Source: Mytilus californianus (lineage: Eukaryota). From it: a stretch of DNA of 64,000 bases. The translations under genes were made by a program, and so were the position numbers. The DNA lies in NCBI RefSeq assembly GCF_021869535.1, contig NW_026262690.1:80538001-80602000 (forward strand), given 5' to 3'. This document shows, piece after piece, positions 50,012-63,269 of this stretch. Every line of letters starts with the position of its first letter. The first letter of the stretch is position 1. The notes below the pieces were generated by a model. The model was not told the origin of the DNA, made no database searches, and saw nothing but the letters and a program-made list of their open reading frames with translations.

Positions 50012-52246
50012 TTAATTCTTATTATCTGTATTCAATTTTAAACAATGGTTTTCTAAACATCTTAACGAACTTTTATCTGTTCTGCTAACTGCTTCAAGCT
50101 CACGCCACGTTGAACTTTTACCACTTTCCAATATTGTCCAACTACCTACTACATTATTCAAACTGTTACCTGGTAATTCTAGACCACAGTCAGTCAGAAT
50201 TTCTAACGATTCACAGACCGACTCAGCACATATGCTATCAACTACAGGCACAATATAGCCCCCAAAACCTACTTCTGAGGCATCAGTGAACGCCACTAAA
50301 TCACATACATCTGACTCATGCAGATCATTACCTTTCTCATTTAACTGCGTTACTGAATTTAACCAGTATCTGAGCTCCTCAACAGCTGGAGCTGTCAGAG
50401 CAACAAGTGACTTCCAACTTTCCCTTAACAGTATACAGTTATACAATTCTCTAGTTCTAAGCCTAACCAAATTACCTAAAACAGCTTGCATTGATATAAT
50501 CTGGCAAACAATTCCGGCAACAAACTTTGCACTGTGCAAAATTTTACCTTTTCCGACACCGAAAAGTATTTTACTGATAACATCAACTAATCTTTCTATA
50601 CGTTCACTGGAAACTCTAAGTTTCCCGAACTCCATATCCCAAACTAAACCTATCCAGGTCATATTTTGCTGTGGATACCAAAGACATTTTTCTTCAGCTA
50701 TTAAAAAACCAAATTCAGACAAACTAGATCTTATATACGAGCTAGTTCTTTCAGCTGATTGAAAATCATTTGCACCTCCAAGCCCATCATCAAGATACAT
50801 TATTATCTTCAAACCCTGATTTCTCCAGTATTTTATCACTTCCTTAAGAACTTTGGTAAAAATATGACCTGCACTGGCCAGACCAAAAGGAAAAACATTA
50901 AATACAAAGTACTTTGTTATACCATTGAAATCCCAACTGAAACCTAAATAAGTTTTATGTTCCTCTAATATTTCCAGATGGTGATATGCACTCTTAAGGT
51001 AATATCTAAACAAAAAATTTCCCTTTTCAAACAATTCTCTTGCAACTGCACCGTCTTCAAATTTAAACCTAAACTGGTGTATACATTCGTTGATATGCAT
51101 ACAATCCAAAACTAAACGGGGCTTCTTTGATCTACTAAAAGCTACCGTTAAAGGATTAACCACAAAAGGTATATCGTTAACTTCTGAAATGCAACCTTTT
51201 TCTGTCAATTTTAAAATCTTGCCAATAACGAATTCCCCGTTATCCCTAGCGGATTTATTATTTCTCAAAATAACATTATCTGGTAGTACTTTAAATGGAA
51301 TACCGTAACCCTTTTCTATAACTCTTAAAATATACGTGCTTGTGTCTATGTCTCTCCATTTGTGTATTGATTTTTTCAATTTACCTACAGGTGTGATTAA
51401 ACTTGAAGTTACCGTTACCTGGCTAGACACCTGTTCGATACATTCATGCTCGAGTAAACAAATACTATCATCATTCATGACATCTTTTAAAGACTTATCA
51501 GTTAGGTGATTCGTATTCACCTGAAAACTATTATCATGCAGTAAATCTGAACAAATGCTACTTAATTTATTAACATTGAATAAATTAGTACTTAACTTTC
51601 GTTTTTTCTCTGGACATTCAAATTTCCAGTGACCAGGCTTGTAGCAAACTCCGGGCCTCCCACTTGCTTTTCCATTTGTGTCGTTATCACTAGAAGTTGC
51701 TGTTGAAGTTGGCCTGCTATACGGCGTTGGTCTTTTCTTCTTAGCTTTCTCTGCTTTTGTTTTTCTCTCCGCTCGTGTCTGAACTCTCAGAATTTTTCGA
51801 TCGTCCTCGGAATCATCTGCGAGGGGATTCGCTGTATATTCCTGTACCACTTTCCATCCCATCTCGGACGAATCGGCCATTTTAACCAACTTCTGTCTGT
51901 AGCGTATAAGTTGTATACCTTCTGCTATTTTCTGCTTGGCTAAACCAGCACTTGGGTCCCTGGACTCCAGACTAGCATCGGCTTCCTTCAAAGTTACGCT
52001 AAGCTTGCGGTTGAATTCGAATTGGTCTTCACAAGACTTTCTTTGAAACTTGTAGTCATCATTCACCGAAAGTTCATTTTGTAATCTATTCATTTGTAGC
52101 TCTGATCTCTCCTTCTGTTGATGATCGAATTCCTGTAGTTTTATTGAAAACATCCCTTCCATTTGTGACAATAAATCGTTCTGTGATTTTCAAATTTCTT
52201 CCCCGACAATCCGCTTAACACTATTCTCGATGTCCGGATCCATCAT
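50012..52246 (-). pseudogene. DIRS gag plus RT/RNase H (719 aa open stretch; upstream ATG at about 52246 followed by an in-frame TGA)
   Basis: gag KLVKMADSSEMGWKVVQEYTANPLADDSEDDRKI; partial zinc knuckle CYKPGHWKFEC; RT KKPRLVLD, YYLKSAYHH (motif A Asp replaced by Tyr), YLDDG; RNase H FTDAS, SSTWRELEAV. Confidence 0.85.
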
Positions 52247-53573
52247 GGCACTCAGAAAAATTTGATGTTCACTCAAGTAAGGCAGGGCTAGAAATGACCA
52301 TATATACACCTATCATTTAACACAATAATTTTTCCCGCCCAAAAAATTCATACGCCTTCGAACTACTACGTGAGAAGACAATTAATTCCCTTTACACTAC
52401 GTGCCACGGAAATTAGGAAATCCCGCCATTGTGTTATTGTGCTATGCTTATTTTTTGTATTCTTGTCTTTCATTTTTGCTTATGTACTTTGTCTGTAGAG
52501 TGTTTATATGCCATTTTGATTTTCTTTGTTATAAGTTTAACACAATGTTGCCTGTGTACCCCAATTTTTGACAATTTTACTTATTATGTCATTTTGTTTT
52601 ACTCACACATTTGTTGTCATTATAATGGAATTCTATGCGTCTGTCATACAAGTGAGAGGTTTATTTAGCTATAAAACCAGGTTCAATCCACCATTTTGAA
52701 ATGCCTGTTCCAAGTCAGGAATATGACAGTTGTTTACCATTCGTTTCATGTGTTTGAGCTTTTGATTTTGCCATTTGATAAAGGACTTTCCATTTTGAAT
52801 TTTCCTTTGAGTTCGGTATTTTTACTATTTTACCTTTTACTAGTGATTTTCTTATATTGACTCGTCAGATCGACACAAAGCACTAAACTATAAAATAAAA
52901 ACTAACAAAAAGTCATTAAGTACAGATCTAGGACTCACATTTACTGAAAGTTAATTGAAACTAATTATTAGTCACGCTTCCCAGACTCAAATACTTATCC
53001 AACACATCCAATTGATTAAATGTAAAGACCCTCATATTACCAGTTTGATAAAGATATGACCCTGTGCTATACCACAATATAAGTATCGACATAATGTAGT
53101 CATAAGTGTTCAAAGCTATATAAGAATACATATCTTGTTATGTTTAATAAATCAATAACCAAATTAATGTAAGTATCGATAAAACAATATGCAAAGAACT
53201 TTTCCCCTATTACTGATTTAAAAAAAATGCACATTAATGTAAGAAATGTATCGCTTAAATAGTTGAAAAATACATATTCCATGGCCTATTTACTGGAAAA
53301 AACCACATCTATGACGTATATAGACATGTTTACAAACGTACTGTGAAAAGCTTTTCCATCATCTCTTTTATCGTGAAAATTGGAGTTTTATTTGTTAATT
53401 GGAATAGTTTTAACTAACAACAACGACATTTTACACACAGATGTACAACTACTTACACTTTTTTTATTGAAATCTTACTCTTTACTGTTGTTGAGTAAAG
53501 TGAAAGTAGACGTTCTATTTGTGCACTTTAAAATTACTAAAGCATAAATAAATGGCTATTATATAATTCTTAC

Positions 53574-53703
53574 TTTGAGCAATCAAAACAATAACTGAAC
53601 GAAATTTTGGATGACGCGTTGCTGATACAGTAAGTCTATGTACAACTGGTCGTGAAGACTGTCTGATTAGTAAAGTAACCAGTTTTACTATTGGTAATAC
53701 CAT
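53574..53703 (-). CDS. OPA3: OPA3-like protein A', exon 1 (130 nt)
   Basis: MVLPIVKLVTLLIRQSSRPVVHRLTVSATRHPKFRSVIVLIAQ; phase-1 GTAAGA donor at 53573; intron 8098 bp. Confidence 0.9.
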
Positions 53704-54210
53704 ATTTTCGTCTGCATTGACATGGAACGGAAGTATTTAATCTCCGGGAACTAGTTATCTCGGTATTTCCGAAAAAGTATGTTTCCGTGATAATTAACAT
53801 TGTAATGTCATTTACTGTGGGATGGATGAATCAAAAATAATATGTAAGTCAAATGGATACAAGAAGGGGTTTCGGTCAAAAGCTGTTACATCGAGTGCAG
53901 TCAGATTGGTACCGCTAATGTTATTACTGACACGTGTTGAATATTTTTGTAACTAAAAAGGCTTAACTCATAAGTCTGAACTACTAGTACCACATCATTT
54001 GACTCTTTATCTATTTTCTCTATCTTTTTCACCATAGTCGTCAATTACCAGGATATTACACCCCCCGAAATCGTATTAAATACAAAACACAACTACTTAC
54101 TGAGATGTCATTAAAAACTTGACAACCGAATGATATCAGTTCAATGCAATGAATCCTTTACAGTTTACAAAACACAACATAGAAAACCAAAGACTGAGCA
54201 ACAACACATA

Positions 54211-54248
<38 letters not shown>
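54211..54248. repeat. (TG)5(TA)14 microsatellite
   Basis: Directly visible. Confidence 0.9.
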
Positions 54249-56061
54249 AGTCTTGTTATATCGTATTTTTTTCATTTTTATCATGGTGAATTAAGATTTT
54301 ATTTTACCTTCCAGCACAATAAGTAACAGCTCAAGAAGATCATATAATAGTAAGTATAAAACGTTTATAAAGTAGGGATGTATTTTTTTATTAAAACAGA
54401 TTGATCATGAAGGATATTGCGCCAGGTGATGGCATTGACACCTTTGTTGGCAAATGAAAATTTTAGAAAAGATTGTTTTATAGTAAAATATTTCCCAATA
54501 CCAGCTGGTTTGTAAAGTATCTGTTAATATCCAACATGATAGCTATATGTTTTTTTGTATTGGTTTTAATGTGGATTTATAACAGTAGCTTCCAAACATA
54601 AGATGTACATAGAATGAAGTTTCGAAAGGGGTAACGAATATAGCTTCTTGCGGATGTGATGAATACCCAAGGACTTATGTATAAATGGGAGAAGGTCATC
54701 TATGCAGGCGGATACTTAGTTGGAATTATACAAAACAAATGGAACTCTTTGTAAGAGAAGGTAAAAAGGCCAAAGTGGTATATTTGAATTGTTTACATCT
54801 GTTTGAATTGGCTTCAGAAGTTTAATAAAGGTGCATAATTTAGGATTTTATGCATTTTATATACGAGTTTTGACTTAAATTATTGTATGGAGCTTCGAGA
54901 TATTTGAAAATCTCAGATTATAGACAAATATTCATAAAACAGTCGATTGTGGAAGGTGCAAATACAAGTGGATCTTTTTTGTGCATAAGCATAAATTCGG
55001 CCGAAAAAATACACAGAAAGATAATAGATTGATCTTTTTAAAGCATGAATTTGCATCTCTGCCCCCGGCGACAGTTTTTTTGGGAAAAAAATCCTAAAAA
55101 TAGGCAATAATTTCATCGAAAAGAGAAAGTCGTATGCACCTTTTTATGTTAGGGAGTGTTTGAGTTGACTATTCTTTCTTGAAAACGTATAAAGCAAAAA
55201 TATTTGATACATCATCTCGCTTCAGATTCTATTCTTTTGATATATTTAGGCTACATGTTGATTTAATGACATTAAGAATTGACAGTACTAAAAATGAAAT
55301 ATATGGGTCAAGTGAAATAACTTTCTAATGAGTCATAACAACAGAGTAAGTGTGATAGAATAATACTCTTTTACTAAAAGTTCTTGACAGACTTGGGTCA
55401 TAACTTCATAACTTCAAAAAGAAAATCATGTTTTGTGTGTGCTATCTAGGGTTATTAGTCTTCAACCTCTGAACATTTTTAGTCTGCCCTAACACGAAAT
55501 ATTTAATTAGAATTTTTTCATATGTTTTTGAACTTTCGAAAATTCCAGCTGACAACCGATAAGACAATAGTTTGAAGTTGACTAAATGCAAAAAAGTACA
55601 TCAAATGATGCTCAATAGCTAGTAGATACAATTGTCTTTTAAAATACAACTGGCATACAGGGATCGTAATGGTGCTATGTGTATACATTTATCGGTTTTG
55701 AAGAGCTACATTGGCTGCGCGTCATCCCTACAATGGCTTCCAATTTTTTATTGCAAAAAATAGCTGGCGTAATGGGAAGATAATTTTGATGAAGTAGAAT
55801 CTTGACTGTATGGAAACGCCATGAAGAGATGGTCTAGGCTGAGGTGCAAGATTGAAACTATTCATCACATTCACTTAGCTACAAAAAAGAAATAGCAAAG
55901 TTATTCTTACTGAAAGTATGGTTGATTTGAAGGATATCCATGGTGCAAGGAAATTCAGAATAACTACATCAACAACATCTATTAAAATTCTTTACATTTA
56001 ATAGACATATTGAATATTGTTTACCTGAACATGTCTTACATATGGTAGTAATTCGTCTTAA

Positions 56062-56822
56062 GGATGTATTCTTCTGATGTTTCAGTCTCGTTGAAATCTC
56101 GTTTTGGAATTATTTCCAAAAGATGAGATACAAGTGGAAAATATCAATGAACTTAAAAAATATAATCAAATTAATATGAACAAATTGTGTACTTACAATA
56201 AGTAGTTTTGAGTAATAAAATTTTCAAATTCTATACCCAATCCAGTCAGTGTCATCAGCCAAAATGTTGAGAAAATGGGTGCGTGGTACAAAAAAAAATA
56301 TTTTACCTAAAATATGTACATCCGATATCATTTTTTCTTTTCAAAATTCTTAGATATGTATTTTTCCAATCATTTATAACAAAAAAGTTGAAATAATATG
56401 CTTTTTGTTCTAAAAAAAGAGTAAAAACCCTAATTTACCAAATTGACAGCATGGTCAATTTGACACAAAAAAGCAACAACATTTTATAAAACTTTCAAAT
56501 ATTAACACCAACCTATAGTTTTTTTAAGTTAAATTTATTCAGATTGATCCACTTCATCTTTAGTGAAAGTATGAAAAAAAGTTTAGTTGTGAAACTGTGA
56601 TTTTTTTCATGAAAATAGCCCAACAATGGGTATAAATTGATGAAAAATAGAAAAATCATTAAAAAAGGGTACTTTCAAATGGCCGTAGCAAAAAAAAAGA
56701 AGTGCACTACCATATGATTTTTTCTTCATCAATTACTTTCTTACAGTCATATAAACCAAAAAATCAGGTTTAAGAAAAAAGTTTAATTTTCGAAATGTTT
56801 GGCTCCTCAGAAGTGTACATCC
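56062..56822. mobile_element. Kolobok-type MITE, 761 bp
   Basis: TTAA at 56058-56061 and 56823-56826; TIR GGATGTATTCTTCTGA vs TCAGAAGTGTACATCC (14 of 16 match). Confidence 0.75.
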
Positions 56823-59559
56823 TTAAGTGTTATTTAATGTTTATTGAATTTGACTGAGGGAGTTGAAACTTCAATTACTTTATCATTTCTTAATTTTCCT
56901 ATGAGGATTTTTTTAAAAGCATATAAAGACCGAAGCACTGACTACTGAGCTGGTGATTCACTCGGGGAGAACAGCCCATCAGCGCATGTGTATTGACCAA
57001 GTGCTAGTAAATGAAAATAACACTTTATGGATTTATTTCGTCCAGAATCCTTTTCTGAAATAGCTATCATCAGGAACGTTCAAACCTAAATATTTGAAAG
57101 CTGGAATCCTGTTCTAATCTCTTTCTCGTTATTTCTGTCGAGCATTCAGAGATTACTTTGATACTTTAAATTCAAATCATGAAATGAGTGAAATGTGTCA
57201 GCGATCACGTGCACAACGGTTTGAATTAGTATTTTGAAGTATACTCTTGAGTTAAAATCAAAATTATTTTCAACTTATTTTATATAATATGTTAATGCCT
57301 AATGTTGTGTTTACAATTTCTTCTCGTTTTGATTTAATATTTTGTTGAATTTTAGTTTTGTATACTGTTGGGTTTTTTTTTTGGCGTTTGTCTTCTTTTG
57401 TTTTGCCATGGCGTTGTCAGTTTGTTATCGACTTTATGAGTTTGAACATTGCTTCGGTATTTTCGCCTCTCTTTTAAAATCAATTTTTTTGATTATGATT
57501 TGTATGTAGTACTGTTTAGGTGGGATAATAAAATGTTTGCCGAGCGTTTTCTCTCGATGAACAGATTCGTCAAAGAACCACCAACTGTTACTTTTCTGTT
57601 TTCAAAGATGGAATGATCGAGACGACTTTGGTGGGGCAGAAATTGTTTAAAAAGTTTATGAAGCTCAAAAAAGTATGGGTTCATTTTTCGAAATTTGTGA
57701 AACAGATGATTCCAAATAAAAGGGAGTAGTTCGAACTACTTAAATGTATTTTCTAGAATTACAGTTGATACTTTGAAATTGACTTTGGAAATTGTGTTTT
57801 AAGATATTTCTTTGTTAGTTCAGGCTATATAGTATTAACTTGTTCGACTTGATAGAATATTTTTAAGTCGTTTGATAAACTAGCTTGGTAACACATTCCC
57901 TCCAAGTGTCGTAAATATTGGACACGATATATTTAGAAGATACTATAAATGTTTAGGAATTGATGTAGTGACAAGGTTCCTACTTTGTTTAAAGGCATTT
58001 TCATCGGATGTGTTGAGTGTCGGTTTTATCCAGATTAGATATTTTCAAGTGCTGCTTTTGTGGGGACTACTTATAAAAATATCAAACTTAGTTAGAATCG
58101 TATTTCATGTTCAGTATATATTTTGAATTCCACCCTTTTCTTACTACAGTCGTCTAGATTTTGACCGTATATGTAAAGTTTCTTAGCAAAAGCTTTAAAT
58201 CTGTTGATTCTGTCAAGGATGAAAAAAAATTCTTAATCGTTTAATTATGGATTATATATCTTTTGCATTTACTATTAGATTTAGAACATCCACAATTGGA
58301 AGCTTTACTTTGAGATAAGTTTTAGGAGGGTTCAGTTGAATTGTGATACATTGATTGACAAGACATGCTGTACTTATGACTAACATATTTTGTTTTATAT
58401 TTCCAATTTGTTGATATATGAATAGTTTACATTATGCTGATGTAATGTGATTTTTATTCTAATGTTCAGAAAAATCTTATCTGGTTCCAGATTATGTTGC
58501 TATTTTTTGTTATCATACTAAGCGACTTTGCAGAACTTTTTTTTATCGGTAATGAACGGAAACTGTAATTGTTCAAAATTAAGTGGTGAAATCAATTCAA
58601 ATTGGCGAGAGATAAGTAGAGATACTATTGGTACACTTTTTTTTTGTTTCTTTATTGAATTCTTGATTGGGTTCCGTTTAAGTATTCTCGAATCTGCAGT
58701 ATTTAGTTAATATTTCTGTCAAGTTATGAGGGGTGAAAAAAAATGTGTTCCCTGTAACTGATATATAGTTAAATTTGTTTTCAAACTGTAAATTACCGCG
58801 ATACAAGTATTGTACACCTAGTTAAAGAACAAGTAAAGGGGCTTGATTAGGCTTTACATCTGAAGAGCATACGGAATTAATTCAAGAGATACCAGTTTAT
58901 CATTAGAATTGCGTTACAAAACTTAATTAAAAGAAGTCTGAAGCAATACAATGTGTACAAAATGACTTCTTTTTATTTCACCCAGCTGCTTATTGGATTA
59001 ATCTAATAAATTTGATTATTTGATTATCAAAATAGTTAGATATATGTTATTTACATCTCACTGAGTACTTTGAACCAGCATGTAGCTGTATACTCTAGAG
59101 TTGAGGTTTATGTTCTCCTGTGTTTTTTTTAAGTTATGGTGTATTAAATTTGAGATAACATCTCTTATATGTTCCATCAGTCTCTCAATTTTAGGCCAGT
59201 TTGTGTACCAAATCTTTAATATGACACACAACACCTATTCTTGGCACCCATTCCTTTCCACGTTATATTTTTCACTTTCAAACATGTATGGGGGTGGGAT
59301 CAATAAACCCTTATTTACACATCAGATTGTACTTGTTACCGGAACTTTGGATGCACCAAACTAGGTACTTCATATCTGAGAAACAGACAAAATATGCCCT
59401 CAATTTTAGGATTCATTCATATATTTTTGTATTATTCAAAATTATCAGTTAAAATGTGTTCTACAAGGATCACCAGTCCTTCAATTTTCATTGGATACAT
59501 AAATTACCAAAATAGAGTCTACATAGATTGATATTTACACCTATGCTTAGGAACTATTT

Positions 59560-59845
59560 TGTTTTAGATATTTACTGCTCACCGAATAATACTTATTACC
59601 GGGTTTGTACTAACAGGAGCAACACGACGGGTGTCACATTTCGTGTAGGGTCTGCTTACCCTTTCGGCGCACCTGAGGTCACCCCAGATTTTGGAGAGGT
59701 TCGTGTTGCCTAGTCTTTAATTTTCTATGTTGTATTTTGTGTTCTATTGTTTGTCTGTTTGTCTTTTTCTTTTTTAGCCATGGCGTTGTCAGTTTATTTT
59801 CGACTTATGAGTTTGAATGTCCCTCTGGTATCTTTCGTCTCTCTT
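59560..59845 (+). mobile_element. Penelope-like family 3' UTR copy
   Basis: caccgaat..ttaccgg..gcaacacgacgggtg.cac..tctgcttaccctt..gcacctgag.tcacccc..gagtttga.tgtccctctggtatctttcgtc, as at 40180-40447. Confidence 0.65.
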
Positions 59846-61684
59846 TTTTCAGTATGTTCTTTTTGACCGGGCCCGATTTGGTGGTGTTGCGTCTACAAAG
59901 TGTATCCGAATTATTTTGCAAAGAATTATTATTAAACCTGTGCTAGGGACCGTCATAAACTTGCAGTGAGGGGAGATGTGTTAAAGGCATCATTGTGACT
60001 TTGAGATGAAGAACACCAACAAAGTGCTGTTCCTTTGCTTTTTGTGATTTTTACTGTGCATGTTCTGATTTTGTGTCATTGATGGTAACCCCATATCATT
60101 TGGTTTTTTTTTATCACTTATTAAAAAAACTGACCAAAAATACTTTATTATTTTTCACTCATTTTATCAAACTTGATTTCTTTTTGCCATTATGATTTAA
60201 ATTGTATTTCTATATCATGTGAAAATGAGGTTAAATTACTTTGAGTAACAACTAATTTTAGAAACTTCAATTTCAAATATTTTTTAAAAGGATGCAAGGC
60301 AATTAAATGAAAAGAATTGGAAAAACATAAACAGTCTGAGAAAACTTACAACTGTTTATTAATTTATGTCTAACTTCAGTTATTATCCTATGACTTGGCA
60401 TTTCTGAGCGAAACAAAAAACAAGACAAATAGATTTTTTTACAAGAACGTACGCTTCGCTTTACTCATGATAACTATCAGAATTCTTATGAAAAACTTCT
60501 GCAGATTTCAAACCTACTTTCACTAAAAACTTGAAGAATGCACACACAATTGCCTTTGAGAACTTAAAAATAAATAATAAAATACGTCAAATATGCTGCT
60601 TGCTATATAAAAAAAAAAACCAATTCATATAATGTCAGATATGTGAACACTGCTGAGGTACCTAGACCAAGAACCTCAAGTTATGGTGAAAGATCTTTTA
60701 GATTTTAATCAGCACAAATATGGAATTTCCATCCCAATGTGGCAAGAACTATGACTTCTTTTGATTTAATTAGGAATTATATAAATTCTTAGTATGGGAG
60801 AATAATGTAATTGCAGTTCAAGCTGTTTTTATCAAGTGCTGCCTCAAAGCTGAAATTTCCTCCTTTTTTCTGGCCTTTTGCTCTGCTTTTTTTTTTGCAT
60901 TAAAATATATAGCTGCTTTTAAATGCCAGTGCTTTCTTAATTATTTTTTTATTTTTTTTTTTTTTTTTGGTTTTTATTACATTTTTTAAATTTTGATATT
61001 TCAGTGATTGCTGGTTCTCCCATTAAATGTACATAGAGGTGTTTACCGCATGGGCATGACCCTGGAGGTTCAGAAATCAAGAATACTGTGCTTTCATTTT
61101 ATTTGCATGCCTTTTTATTTATTTGCATTTATATGAAGCTCCATGATTAGAGTTCTTCAGAGCTCATGTTTCATTTGTTATAGTGTACATATTAGCCGAC
61201 TTTGAATAAAGTTTATTACTAACTTATGATTTTATAGTAATTGGTTAATCCTCACCCCATTCTGTGCTCTAACCATGTATGGTTATTTGGATCATGCGCT
61301 TTTCCTTGCTGTTCGATTTTGTTCGCATGTCTCTTTTTAATGAGTCTCTTTTTGGTGCTTGATGTCATCCGTTGTACTTTTCAGTAGTTTTGGTATTACT
61401 CATTTATTCAGTATCTATTAAGTGTTACGGTTATACTTTTTTTCGTGTTCTTTAAGACAGCTACTTATACGGACTCCGTACTTTTATACAGGTAACATCT
61501 GCTCCATGTCAATGTGATAATAATAATGAATACTTTTTATTTCACCCAGTTGCATTAAAATTTCAGGCTAAAAAAAAACACAGAAGTTTGTTTGCAAAAT
61601 TCAAGCGTTTGTGTAACCGAGATTACCTTGATCACAAAAGTAAATACTACCGTTCCACCTCAATGCATCAATGCAGATATAGTC

Positions 61685-61925
61685 ATGGTATTACCAATAG
61701 CAAAATTTTTTCGACAACAAGCTAAATTACTTATCCAGGCGTCTTCAAATAGAATTAGAAAAAGAAGACAGCTCCAACTGAATGCAGACAATTATAAGGA
61801 ATCATCAATTGTAAAATTGATCAATTTACTAATCGAACAGTTTAAAAGACCAGTTGCAAATAGTGTTAGTGAATCGGCAAAGCAAAATCCAAAACTTCGT
61901 TCAGTTTTCGTAGGAATTGCTCAAA
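61685..61925 (+). CDS. OPA3: OPA3-like protein B', exon 1 (241 nt); exon 2 not found in the window
   Basis: MVLPIAKFFRQQAKLLIQASSNRIRKRR..SSIVKLINLLIEQFKRPVANSVSESAKQNPKLRSVFVGIAQ; phase-1 GTAAGA donor at 61926; same length as exon 1 of B. Confidence 0.8.
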
Positions 61926-63269
61926 GTAAGAACTGTTAAATAATCATATATTTAGGATATTAACAATTCTATATCTCATTTAAGAATGCTTAAATAAAAA
62001 AAAAGTCTACTTTCATTTTGGTCAGGGACAATTTAGGATTCGATTTTAGTATATAGTGTAAATGCTGGTATATTTGTGTAAAATGTTTTTTTTTTTTTTC
62101 ATTTTCCTTCCTTTTTTAAAATGTTTTACTACATAATGACAGTTTATTATTTCATGATTAAAAGGCAGTAGATGGAATAGATTTCCATAGTACGATTGTT
62201 TACACTTTTTTGTACGTCATCGTTGGGATTTCCCCCAAGGTAAATATATAGTTTACACTTAAGGACGTTACGTTCTCTACTGAAATACTCTACACGAAAT
62301 AAATAATAACGGCCTGATCAATGTACAAAAGAATGAACGAAAAAAAAAATGATATACAGCAACAAACGACAATTACTGAATTGCAGGCTTACAGATATGA
62401 GAGTATTCGCAGTTACTGACTGCTATTTCAAAGCCAATAACAATTTAATAAGAAAACAAAATCTAGGACTAAAATAGCAGTTCACATCCAACATCCAATG
62501 GATTTAGTGTAAAGACGTCATTAACAGTGTAATGTGCAATGCCAAGATACAGGTATCGAACTTGTCTTATTTGGATATCAAAATTGTCCACGATTTCTAA
62601 TTTTGTATTATCTACCTTGTTTTAAAAGGGTGAGTAAAAAAATATGGGTTTTTTTCTAACACGCCAGTGCATCACATGATGAGGAGTAAAGCTATTAGCC
62701 TCCATAAACAGCCCTGTAAAGATGTATTTTTTAAAATTCAATTGTTTGGTTAAATCTTGTGTATGTATTGCTAAATGTAAAATCTTTGAAAACATAATAA
62801 GAACAGTTGTTGATCTGCTTAGTATTCATAATCGGTGTTAAAAAAACAGCTTTTAAGGGCCAAAATTATATGTTATTGAACAATCTCCTTTTAACCGATT
62901 TTAAATTACGTCCGTTGCAATTGAAAAACAGTTATATGTACAAAAAATGTAATGGCAATATTTAGGTTATCGAGGAAAATTATTTTAATTTTAGTATTAA
63001 TTCTTCTATGGTATCTTCAAAAAATACTCTGCTCATCTTATGATATATATTCATTAACAGTTCATGTCCAATGTGACCGAATTAGTATTATTGATGGATA
63101 CCCAGGCAAATTGCATCGTGTCATTAAAGGTATTTGTACTTAAATTTCAAGACAATAGGTAGTGATTTTACTCATATTTAAGATCTTAATGTTGACGACT
63201 TCAAGTTAATTTTTTTTAAATACACCTATGCCTGCTCCCAAATTGAATAAAATTCGACTGGCCATGTAA

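Larger units (their letters stand above)
48310..52430 (-). mobile_element. Decayed DIRS-order (tyrosine recombinase) retrotransposon inside intron 1 of gene A'; termini not resolved
   Basis: Order gag, RT, RNase H, methyltransferase-like domain, YR; all on the minus strand. Confidence 0.9.
35355..62040. repeat. Segmental duplication, copy 2, expanded by TE insertions
   Basis: Same ordered anchors as listed for copy 1. Confidence 0.85.

Noticed and set aside
50286-50762. 158 aa plus-strand ORF (and neighbours 50759-50947, 51090-51308)
   Set aside because: Antisense shadow of the DIRS RT/RNase H frame with no recognisable motif.
48130-52430. Terminal repeats of the DIRS element (ITR/ICR or split direct repeats)
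   Set aside because: No matching sequence found between the two ends by eye, so the subgroup and exact boundaries are left open.
54300-56000. Patches with coding-like composition between A' and B' (for example DIAPGDGIDTFVGK, ARHPYNGFQF)
   Set aside because: Many stops in all frames and no motif I can assign; needs blastx.
57493-58100. Minus-strand ORF pieces possibly from a retroelement or recombinase
   Set aside because: No diagnostic motif; similarity too vague to support a call.
61592-61684. N-terminal extension of the 115 aa ORF ahead of MVLPIAK
   Set aside because: Starts at a TTG codon and covers sequence that is non-coding and out of frame in paralog B; the ATG at 61685 matches the other three genes.
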